Shown here: positions 1 through 7,266 of the stretch, one piece after another | Position numbering within the stretch: the first letter of the stretch is position 1 | How the letters are laid out: every line of letters begins with the position of its first letter | IMG/VR virus record: IMGVR_UViG_3300029228_000011 | Length of the DNA stretch: 37,280 bases | Strand: one strand, 5' to 3' | Source: a virus | Notes under the pieces: generated by a model | What the model was told of the DNA's origin: nothing | The model's input: only the letters and a program-made list of their open reading frames with translations | The model's database searches: none | Program-made: the position numbers and the translations under genes

Positions 1-99
1 TATTTTTCATTGCTTCGTTCCTCCTGAAATGTTTTATTGACCGCTCTTTCAGCGGTGTGGGATATAGCCGGTTAGACCTCCGGCCGGGTAACTGCCCAG
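1..99. repeat. Terminal direct repeat, left copy
   Basis: Bases 1..99 (tatttttcattgcttcgttcc...gtaactgcccag) are identical to 37182..37280. Confidence 0.95.
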
Positions 100-120
100 T
101 TTTACGCCTTATGGCAGGGC

Positions 121-150
121 ATAAAAATAAGACACGTAACCCCGTGCCTT
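121..150 (-). terminator. Rho-independent terminator after the accessory island
   Basis: The minus strand reads AAGGCACG-GGGTTA-CGTGTCTT: an 8-bp stem (one G-U pair) followed by ATTTTTAT. It lies directly downstream of the stop at 168. Confidence 0.6.
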
Positions 151-167
151 AAAGGGAGATACCTGGA

Positions 168-377
168 TCACCGCCTTTCTACGGATAACCGTCTGCCGTT
201 GAACTGTACCGTGTCGCCAATCTGTGCCACTTCATCGCCAATCTTCACCCCTTTCAACTCTGCGTGTCCGTCAATGTCCCGATATAAGAATTTGATTGTC
301 TTGTAATTGATCAGGCTCGCCAGCCAGTTCGGTGCAAGCCTGTCTGCGTCTTTTGTGACTGTGTAGTGTTCAGTCAT
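168..377 (-). CDS. Hypothetical protein (69 aa), last gene of the accessory island
   Basis: ORF track. It overlaps the upstream gene by 8 nt, which suggests operon coupling, and a terminator follows. No motif recognised. Confidence 0.6.
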   Translation of the reverse strand: MTEHYTVTKDADRLAPNWLASLINYKTIKFLYRDIDGHAELKGVKIGDEVAQIGDTVQFNGRRLSVERR

Positions 378-759
378 CGTGTGTAACCTTAAGTCCGAAC
401 TCTGGAAGAAAGTTAATCTCGTAATGATACTTATCTACCTCAGCCCCTGAGATATCTTCAACAACATACATGGTGTAATTATTAAGATATACATAATCTT
501 TCTGATATTTCCCTGCTGCTGTTTCAATAATTACTTCCAGTTCGTTGTCTGAATTATTTTTCAGTGCAAACGTTCCGGTCAGTTCAAGCAAAATAGTATC
601 TGTTCGTGCATTCAGAACGGTAAGTTTTCGCGTTACATTGAAGTTATCAGCTTCCTTGGAGATATTTGTACTTACCTGATCCGCTTCTGTGCATCCAGTC
701 ATTGCAAAACAACTCACTGCTGTCAGTGCCAGCAATGCTGCTATTTTTCTTTTCATCAC
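370..759 (-). CDS. Putative lipoprotein (129 aa)
   Basis: N-terminus MMKRKIAALLALTAVSCFAMTGC is a basic n-region, a hydrophobic core and a lipobox-like MTG|C. The start codon abuts the stop of the upstream gene (760). Confidence 0.75.
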   Translation of the reverse strand: MMKRKIAALLALTAVSCFAMTGCTEADQVSTNISKEADNFNVTRKLTVLNARTDTILLELTGTFALKNNSDNELEVIIETAAGKYQKDYVYLNNYTMYVVEDISGAEVDKYHYEINFLPEFGLKVTHDD

Positions 760-1044
760 TTATTCCTCCGTATAGCATGTATTTGTCACTTTCTTGTACA
801 CATCTTCGTAAAGTTCCTGCTTATCACCGTTGTATGTATACTCTGCATAGATACCATCACCGCTCACCGTAGTAGATACAAGACATTTGTAATTCTGTAA
901 AGTTTTGCAACCCCATACTACGAATACGTTAGATAAGTCAATTGGCGGCGTTACCGGTGTATCGGCAAAACCATTCTTGTTGTACCAATTAACCAGTTTC
1001 TTTTTACAAACGCTTTCAAAATGTGCCATTCCTGTGATAATCAT
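760..1044 (-). CDS. Hypothetical protein (94 aa)
   Basis: ORF track. Tightly packed within the operon. No motif recognised. Confidence 0.6.
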   Translation of the reverse strand: MIITGMAHFESVCKKKLVNWYNKNGFADTPVTPPIDLSNVFVVWGCKTLQNYKCLVSTTVSGDGIYAEYTYNGDKQELYEDVYKKVTNTCYTEE

Positions 1045-1062
1045 CTTTTTATCCTCGCTTTC

Positions 1063-1872
1063 TTAATACAGTGTTGATTTATTTAATTCTTCCACCAGTT
1101 CCCTCTCGCGTTCTGAAAGTTCATAACAGATGGTATCCTCTGCTGCTTTTTCTGCTGCCTGCTTTTCTGCGTTCTGCTTCCTGGCTGCCGCCTGGTCTGA
1201 CAGCAGAAGCCCTGCCCCGTAAATCGTTTTTTTCATGGCCCTTTGGGCGTCCAGGCTTCGCACATGCTGGCATTCTTCACGCCTTACCCTGAAATGCACG
1301 CCGTAGCGTGCCATTTTCTGCATCATGGCAGCGGTAACGATATGATCCGGATAATCATACTTTGACAATTTCCGTGTCTTTTCCTGCCTCAGCTTTTCTG
1401 TTGTATCATTCACCAGCTTTGTCAGCTCCGGTGATGTCTCTGCTACCGTTTCCGGTTCGAAACTGGTAATAAACGATGTCTTCACAGTTGCACCGTTTTC
1501 GTATTCGATCGTGCAGTCGCACACAATATGGTTCATTCTGTCCCAGGTAGTCTTGCCGGATAATGCCGTGAGTGACGGGGCAAACAAAAAGAACGGGATG
1601 CCCCGTTCCAGATAAAATTCACATATATTTTTCAGGATGGAAAAAGGCGGGTTGTCCACCACCACACATCCCGGCGGATATTCGTCTTTTTCGTAATCGC
1701 CGCCCGGCCAGAATGGGCGAATCACGTTCTCAGGATCAATATTGTAACGTTTGCACACCCAGTCCTTTATGACTTCGTATATCTCCGATGGCGTATAGCA
1801 GTCGTCTGTCGTTTTCTTCGGTTTGAATTTTTCGACAAATTCTTCATAGGTTTTGCTTTTTATGTTTCTCAC
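1063..1872 (-). CDS. Orphan DNA methyltransferase (N6-adenine type, EcoRI-methylase-like family)
   Basis: 269 aa. Catalytic motif IV is VVVDNPPFS ((D/N)PP(F/Y)). The N-terminal TTDDCYTP...DNPPFSILKNI layout is as recalled for phage EcoRI-methylase-like methyltransferases. No restriction endonuclease gene lies adjacent. The start codon is uncertain: the GTG at 1872 is embedded in the SD (see findings). Confidence 0.8.
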   Translation of the reverse strand: MRNIKSKTYEEFVEKFKPKKTTDDCYTPSEIYEVIKDWVCKRYNIDPENVIRPFWPGGDYEKDEYPPGCVVVDNPPFSILKNICEFYLERGIPFFLFAPSLTALSGKTTWDRMNHIVCDCTIEYENGATVKTSFITSFEPETVAETSPELTKLVNDTTEKLRQEKTRKLSKYDYPDHIVTAAMMQKMARYGVHFRVRREECQHVRSLDAQRAMKKTIYGAGLLLSDQAAARKQNAEKQAAEKAAEDTICYELSERERELVEELNKSTLY

Positions 1873-1890
1873 CTCCTTAAAAATGGGTAC

Positions 1891-1920
1891 AAAAATACCA
1901 CCAGTCGAAAGACCAGTGGT
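1891..1920 (-). terminator. Strand-specific hairpin terminator after the MuF/55-aa gene pair
   Basis: Minus-strand RNA forms ACCACUGGUC-UUUC-GACUGGUGGU, with two G-U pairs that would be C-A mismatches on the plus strand. AUUUUUG follows. Confidence 0.6.
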
Positions 1921-1935
1921 AAATACTTATTTTTC

Positions 1936-2103
1936 TTAGTTGTCAATAACTTTCACTATATCATCAATAGTTGCATCAATAGTATCCCAATCTGTAGGCG
2001 AATCACCCACATCTACCAGAAAATGCGTATCGTCTAATATCTCCACAACTGCTGCTTTTCGTCCATCTTTTAGAAGAATTGTGTCATATTCCTTTATGAG
2101 CAT
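1936..2103 (-). CDS. 55-aa protein, DUF4926-like; candidate immunity/partner for the C-terminal module of the MuF protein
   Basis: Not in the ORF track because it is under 60 aa. I translated it as MLIKEYDTILLKDGRKAAVVEILDDTHFLVDVGDSPTDWDTIDATIDDIVKVIDN*. The ATG at 2103 lies immediately after the MuF stop (2104..2106). SD AAGGAGG sits 8 nt upstream, inside the MuF 3' end. The pattern resembles small DUF4926 proteins as I recall them. Confidence 0.7.
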   Translation of the reverse strand: MLIKEYDTILLKDGRKAAVVEILDDTHFLVDVGDSPTDWDTIDATIDDIVKVIDN

Positions 2104-3825
2104 TTACTTCGCCTCCTTAATGTACGCACTAGTCAACTTTGTTGTGCCATCTTCCGTCCTGAGCCATGCTACAACTACATTTGCTGGTGTTTCTTTTTTA
2201 CCATAAAGAATCATCTTCTGGACATATCTGTCGCCGTATCCATTATTATCAACATACTGAGCCGGATATTTCACAGCTCCCTGTTTTAACGCTTTTTGAA
2301 GTTCCTGCCAATTTCCCATTTCATAGCCCAAGCGATCTGTAAAGGCTCTTCCCTTTGGATACCCTTTTTGACTGTTTTCATCAAAAAGATATTTCGTAAA
2401 CTTAGGCTCTGGTAAAATAGCCGTTTCTGCATTCGGTAGTTTAAGCTCTGGATGTTCCAGAAGCTCCTTTTGTCTTTGATAATCCATTTCGACGAACTTC
2501 CATTTTTCAGGGTCATTATACTTCATCTGCCTGAAATCCGCAAGACTTCCAGCATCTTCTTTCAGCACTTCCTTGTACCGTTCGTACTGGTTCGAATCAA
2601 TCTTAGCATTCCGCATCATCTCCGGTGTATAGCGTGCGTTCTGCTGTTTCGTGTTGGTCGCTACCTTGCCCAGTCCATCCTGATAGATTCTCTCACGCTG
2701 TTCCGGAAGTCCCATCTTCTTGCTGAACTGCTTATACTCGTTCAGCTGTCCCTGGTACTTTGCTTTTTCCAGCATGATGTCGTCCTTGTCGGCTCCTGCT
2801 TCCTGCAACAGCCGTATCTTCTGACGCTGGGCACGCATGGCGGTCTCCATCTTCCTCTGCTGCTGGGTCTGTTCGTAGGCATTGAGCTGCCTGCCGTTCC
2901 ATTCTTTTGTCTGGGCTTCCCTTTTGTTCTGCTCTTCCAGCCAGTCATCCGGATAGAGTCTTTCAGAAACGCCAGGAATGAACGGGTGGAACGTGTGCCG
3001 GCAGTTCGCCCCACACAATCCTGTGACGGTTCCGTATCCGCAGACCGTCCCTAATTCCTTCCTGCTGAACACCCTGCCCTGCCATGTCTGGTGATCTGGT
3101 CTCGCACATGGGTGCCAGGACACTTCAAAATACTCTGTATCGAGTTTTTCTGCGTTGTGCTCACTGACCTGTGCCGTGATCTGGTTCACGCCCGTAAGGA
3201 CGGCTCTGCGTGCTGCCACGTCTGCCCGGTTCGTATGCCCGGAAGCGTAATCCACAAACCTCAGCCCGCTGTTCGTCATCTGGGTGACGACTTTCCGGAT
3301 CGCCGAGTTGTAGTCTGTGCCTCCCGTCACAACGTCCTGGATGGCCGTGTCCACGTATTTCTGGTAGTACTCGGCAAATGGTGTGAACACCCGCTTCCCT
3401 GCCATCAGGACTGAAAATCCGTAGCTCTGTGCCATATTAACGAGCGTGTCTTTTGTCTGCTTCCTGGCTGCCTCTGTGATCTGTCGCAGCCACTTGTTAT
3501 CCTCCGGCGTCAGGAAATCATCATTGACCTGTTCATAGATCTCCCGGTTACGGACATATTCCCATTCCGCTACCTTGTCATACATCTCGAACATTTCCGG
3601 CCAGGTTGCCCCCAGTGCCTCCTTGATGATCCGCTCCACCTCTTCCCGGGACTTGCCCATCTCGATCAGGCGGTTGATCTGGTAGTCTGCCGTTGATGTG
3701 ATCTCACCGGCCTTTTTTATCCTGCGGATGACATCCCCCATGATACGCCGCTCTGCTTCCCTCCAGATCTTCTCAGCCTGCAACCCCATCCGCTGCACAT
3801 CCGGTGCTGTCCTCTCCCCTGCCAT
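2104..3825 (-). CDS. Phage minor capsid / head-morphogenesis protein (MuF / SPP1 gp7 type) with a coiled-coil linker and an unrelated C-terminal DUF6883-like module
   Basis: 573 aa. The conserved Cys/His core is VSWHPCARPDHQTWQGRVF...CGANCRHTFHPF. It sits directly after the portal gene. Residues about 300-470 are Q/E/K-rich. The last 99 aa (2107..2403) read KFTKYLFDENSQKGYPKGRAFTDRLGY...VVVAWLR...KLTSAYI. Confidence 0.85.
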   Translation of the reverse strand: MAGERTAPDVQRMGLQAEKIWREAERRIMGDVIRRIKKAGEITSTADYQINRLIEMGKSREEVERIIKEALGATWPEMFEMYDKVAEWEYVRNREIYEQVNDDFLTPEDNKWLRQITEAARKQTKDTLVNMAQSYGFSVLMAGKRVFTPFAEYYQKYVDTAIQDVVTGGTDYNSAIRKVVTQMTNSGLRFVDYASGHTNRADVAARRAVLTGVNQITAQVSEHNAEKLDTEYFEVSWHPCARPDHQTWQGRVFSRKELGTVCGYGTVTGLCGANCRHTFHPFIPGVSERLYPDDWLEEQNKREAQTKEWNGRQLNAYEQTQQQRKMETAMRAQRQKIRLLQEAGADKDDIMLEKAKYQGQLNEYKQFSKKMGLPEQRERIYQDGLGKVATNTKQQNARYTPEMMRNAKIDSNQYERYKEVLKEDAGSLADFRQMKYNDPEKWKFVEMDYQRQKELLEHPELKLPNAETAILPEPKFTKYLFDENSQKGYPKGRAFTDRLGYEMGNWQELQKALKQGAVKYPAQYVDNNGYGDRYVQKMILYGKKETPANVVVAWLRTEDGTTKLTSAYIKEAK

Positions 3826-3829
3826 GGCA

Positions 3830-5179
3830 TCACTCCATCACGGTGTTCTGGATTGGCAGGTTCTTCCTGGCTGTCGCCTCATCCTCGTTGTACCACTTCA
3901 TACGGTATTCAACTGCAGACATCACACCCATAGAAACGTCCTGGCGGTCCTGCTGCCGTTCGGAGTCTTCGTCCGTCAGGATGGAATCGTTGAACTTGCA
4001 GGCAAATTCATAACCGGAATGGTACATGCTGTTATAGAACGCCAGGGCAGCGGCATAATCCTCCAGGCATTCTTTCAGGTTCTCCTGGATCGCTGTCACA
4101 CGGTTGTATTTCCGTGTTTTCGAGACACGTACCTCAGTCGCTGTCTTGGATACCTCCTGAACGTCTGACAGGTCACCGTAGGCAAGCCCGACTGTGAACT
4201 CAATGTTCCGGTAATACTTCTCAAGGCCGGCAATATAGGAAGCGTCCCGCATCGCCGGGGAATATTCCCGCAGCAGTTCCTTATCCTTGCCGTCCTCGAT
4301 GTTCAGGCCGCGGTACAGGCGTTTGTTCAGCTGTGCCATCCGTGTGCCCCTGCTTCCGCGTTTCAGTGCACGTTCATCCACATGCACGGCACGCTCGCCG
4401 GATTCATACTCCCAGTCGAGCCTTGCCGCCTGGATGTCTGCCTTGCGGATCAGGTCGGCAGCAGCGTCAAAGATTGACACCCCACAGAATGAACCGTCAA
4501 TCCGGTTTTTGAGTGGGTTGCGGTAGTACCCGAAGTCCATGCGGTCCATTCCTGGATAGGTCACCGGACCCTGGTTGATGTCTGCCCATTCGTCCACCGC
4601 ATCCAGGCTGCATGGTGTACCAAGGTGATTCCGGTCAAGGGAATGGTAGCACTTGTTTTCGATCGTCAGGTTTCCGTTCGTGAAGTAATGACGCTCCATT
4701 TTCGTGTAATAGTCATATTCCCCCACCCGCTTAACGGTCAGAAAAGCAACATCGACCGGTTTCCCGGAATCATCGAAGCGGACCGGCACGAACTTATCAG
4801 CTGTGACGAACTCTGTCCTGTCTGCCCCCAGCGGCCGCAGGATAAAAGAGCCGAAACCAAGACCGTCCTGCAGGTTCTCATTCAGGTCTAACAGCCCCTT
4901 CTGGTAAGCCGCATCCAGCCGGTCATTGTTCAGGATGGAGCTTTCCATCTCAACCAGCACCGCATCCGCAAATTCGCGGCAGATACCGGACTCAATCCGA
5001 AGCGACACCACCGGGTCCACGCACCACGGTGCCTTCCCGTCCATCATGCCGCCCCAGCTTTCCAGGGCTTCGACCATGGACTGTGACAGCGTCAGTTCAC
5101 GCCCCAGGGCTGTTTTCAGTGTCGTATAATCAAACAATCTCCTCACCTCTCTCCATATCCGTTTTGCAAAATCAAACAT
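3830..5179 (-). CDS. Portal protein
   Basis: 449 aa. Lies between the terminase large subunit and the MuF gene, with an 8-nt overlap with terL. Size and position are typical. Confidence 0.85.
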   Translation of the reverse strand: MFDFAKRIWREVRRLFDYTTLKTALGRELTLSQSMVEALESWGGMMDGKAPWCVDPVVSLRIESGICREFADAVLVEMESSILNNDRLDAAYQKGLLDLNENLQDGLGFGSFILRPLGADRTEFVTADKFVPVRFDDSGKPVDVAFLTVKRVGEYDYYTKMERHYFTNGNLTIENKCYHSLDRNHLGTPCSLDAVDEWADINQGPVTYPGMDRMDFGYYRNPLKNRIDGSFCGVSIFDAAADLIRKADIQAARLDWEYESGERAVHVDERALKRGSRGTRMAQLNKRLYRGLNIEDGKDKELLREYSPAMRDASYIAGLEKYYRNIEFTVGLAYGDLSDVQEVSKTATEVRVSKTRKYNRVTAIQENLKECLEDYAAALAFYNSMYHSGYEFACKFNDSILTDEDSERQQDRQDVSMGVMSAVEYRMKWYNEDEATARKNLPIQNTVME

Positions 5180-6503
5180 CCTCCACCTCCTGGATGAGTT
5201 CCTTCAGGTCGCGTTCTATGGTGTACTCGAACGCATCCAGGCTGTCTATGTCCGTGCTGCCATCGTCCAGCCGCTCATCATCCTGTTCCTCCCTGTTCCA
5301 GACCGCATCCGAAAATGCTGTTTCCAGGCTCTCGCAGTCGTCTGTAAGAAAAAACCGCCCGGCTCCCATAAGCCTGACGGTCGCATTGATACGGTCATTT
5401 ACACGTTTCTTCTTTGCCGGTTTCACGCTGATCCACGGGAAACGCTTCTCGACCGCGTTCCGGATGGAATTACCCAGCACGGTTTCTGCATTGTCCCAGA
5501 AGACCGTTTCTACGTTGCAGTATTCGATGGTATCCCAGTGTCTTACAACATCCGCATACTGGTCGATCACATCCTGCACGAAATCACAGAACAGTTGATC
5601 CAGACGGTTGCTGTCGATCGGGTCGTCTTTCTCTTTTGCCATGACCCGGCGGGATTTCAGGGCGATCACATCCCGGTAATTGTCCGTGTACCCTCTTGCC
5701 ACGAACGCATGGCCGGACTTGTTGCCGCCGAAGTCCAGACCGATCTCGATGGATACAAGGTCCTGCTTCCGAAACTCCTTGCAGTCCGGGCTGCTTCCGG
5801 GATGTTCTACGATCCCGCACCGGAACGCTTCCGGGTGGTCTGCAAAATTCTTGTAGATCGAACCGTCTGCACGCTTCCAGAGTCCTAAGATCAGGCGGTC
5901 GTAGTAGATCGTGCCTTCGTATTCCCTGCAGAGCTGTTCCACAAAAGCCGGATCCAGGTACGGGTTGTCAAAGATCGTGTACTTTTGCAGGTAGATATCA
6001 AGCTCCGGTGTGTCCAGGAACTCTTTCAGCCAGTGGGTAGGATGCTCCGGGTTGCATGACCCGTCAAAGCAGCTGTAAGGCTTATCGAGTCGTGATTTGA
6101 GCATCTGGAACACTTCTTTGTTCCACTTGGCGATCTCATCCCCGTAGCAGTATTTGATGCTCGCACCCTGGATCTTGGCAACCTGGCTGACCTTCTCCGC
6201 CCCCAGGCAGTAGACATCCTCACCGCATACCCTTGCAATGTTTCGGTTGTTGATGTTGCCGACCAGCTTATCGGTATAGATCTCACGCATCGGCTGGAGC
6301 ACGTTTCGCTCGATGGATTCCTTCGACACGCCAAGGATCACATTCAGCCCCGGTTTTCCCGCCCTCTCACGGATCCGGAAGGGAATGACAAAAGCCGTAT
6401 CTACAAAAGACTTCCCGGAACGTACTGCCCCGGATTTAATGTTCCAGCGGTGCGTTGCGTTCACGATGTATTCATTCTGCATTTTGCTCAACTGCATTGT
6501 CAC
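5172..6503 (-). CDS. terL: Terminase large subunit
   Basis: 443 aa. N-terminal Walker-A-like SGAVRSGKS. Position is upstream of the portal. Overall resembles PBSX/SPP1-type large terminases. Confidence 0.9.
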   Translation of the reverse strand: MTMQLSKMQNEYIVNATHRWNIKSGAVRSGKSFVDTAFVIPFRIRERAGKPGLNVILGVSKESIERNVLQPMREIYTDKLVGNINNRNIARVCGEDVYCLGAEKVSQVAKIQGASIKYCYGDEIAKWNKEVFQMLKSRLDKPYSCFDGSCNPEHPTHWLKEFLDTPELDIYLQKYTIFDNPYLDPAFVEQLCREYEGTIYYDRLILGLWKRADGSIYKNFADHPEAFRCGIVEHPGSSPDCKEFRKQDLVSIEIGLDFGGNKSGHAFVARGYTDNYRDVIALKSRRVMAKEKDDPIDSNRLDQLFCDFVQDVIDQYADVVRHWDTIEYCNVETVFWDNAETVLGNSIRNAVEKRFPWISVKPAKKKRVNDRINATVRLMGAGRFFLTDDCESLETAFSDAVWNREEQDDERLDDGSTDIDSLDAFEYTIERDLKELIQEVEDV

Positions 6504-6933
6504 GCACCTCCTTCAGTATCGCATCCAGCTTCTCAAGTGCCTCGTCCGTCTCATTCTCACCTGTGACTGCCTGTTTCCTCGCTTTCTTAAGCTCTGTATC
6601 TGCTTCCTTGTTGCGGATGTCCTCCTCTGCCGCCCCGTTCTGCCCTGCATACTGAGCCACGAAGTAAGCGGCTTTGGTGTTTCCCTGCATCGCTTCCCGG
6701 ATCTGAGCCGCCAGCATCGCAGATTCAAGTGTACAGTCCAAGCCGATCGACTCCAGGAACGGTTTCCACTCCGGGTTGTCAATTTCCGCTGTCAGCAGGG
6801 CGTTCAACGTCTTCCGGAACTCTGCTTTTCGCCGCCTTGCCTTCCCGGATGCCTGGCCGCCTTTTCTGGCGTATTCTCTCACTTCACTCTCGCTTCGTTT
6901 GTCAAAAGGCACTAAGTTTTCATTGTTTGCCAA
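6472..6933 (-). CDS. terS: Terminase small subunit (putative)
   Basis: 153 aa. Basic N-terminal region YARKGGQASGKARRRKAEFRK. Lies immediately upstream of terL and overlaps it. TTG start preceded by AAGGAAGG. Confidence 0.7.
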   Translation of the reverse strand: MANNENLVPFDKRSESEVREYARKGGQASGKARRRKAEFRKTLNALLTAEIDNPEWKPFLESIGLDCTLESAMLAAQIREAMQGNTKAAYFVAQYAGQNGAAEEDIRNKEADTELKKARKQAVTGENETDEALEKLDAILKEVRDNAVEQNAE

Positions 6934-7065
6934 TCACCTCACCTTCCTTTGTTCTGTTGTTATTTTTGAGTACACAAAAAGACACCCAGCACTGCCAGAT
7001 GTCTTCCTGCGGAAAATGTAGTATTCTTTTTGAGAAAGGATTCTTATATGCCCCCATCAGGGAAA

Positions 7066-7141
7066 TCGGAACAGAAGGACTCGAACCTTCGACAAACACT
7101 GGTTATGAACCAGCTGCTCTCACCGACTGAGCTATGTTCCA
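7066..7141 (-). tRNA. Phage-encoded tRNA with anticodon CAT (Met, or lysidine-modified Ile2)
   Basis: Hand-folded cloverleaf. Acceptor stem TGGAACA/TGTTCCG (U1-G72). D-arm GCTC-AGTCGGTGA-GAGC. Anticodon arm GCTGG-TTCATAA-CCAGT. T-arm GAAGG-TTCGAGT-CCTTC. Discriminator A, no encoded CCA. The variable region is 7 nt (GTTTGTC), which is unusual. Confidence 0.75.
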
Positions 7142-7144
7142 ATG

Positions 7145-7169
7145 CTGCCGGGCTGTTGAGACCCGGCAG
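7145..7169 (-). other. 8-bp GC-rich hairpin immediately 5' of the tRNA
   Basis: ctgccggg-N9-cccggcag. No T-run on either strand. It may be a processing or termination element between the late regulator gene and the tRNA. Confidence 0.35.
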
Positions 7170-7266
7170 ATATACAATATACGGAGGTAAATGAAAAGAA
7201 CCAATCATGTCAGCATCATTCCCAAACTGAACTGATTACACTATATCACATGTCAAGGCGGACATT

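Noticed and set aside
2452-3054. Long plus-strand ORFs antisense to minus-strand genes. Examples: 2452..3054, 13341..13991, 15187..15780, 16505..17221, 17456..18169, 32324..32899 and 35738..36406.
   Set aside because: They lie entirely inside well-supported minus-strand genes with recognisable motifs. They have no SD sequences and show low-complexity Leu/Ser/Arg/Cys/Pro-rich composition typical of antisense frames.
6729-7130. 133-aa plus-strand ORF spanning the terS 5' end and the tRNA.
   Set aside because: It overlaps the antisense of a well-folding tRNA and of terS. It has no SD and a junk-like sequence.
7191-7235. 14-aa plus-strand micro-ORF behind GGAGG, in the regulator-tRNA spacer.
   Set aside because: The SD-ATG spacing is only 3 nt. 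It is a tiny ORF on the non-coding strand of a minus-strand operon, so it is probably chance.
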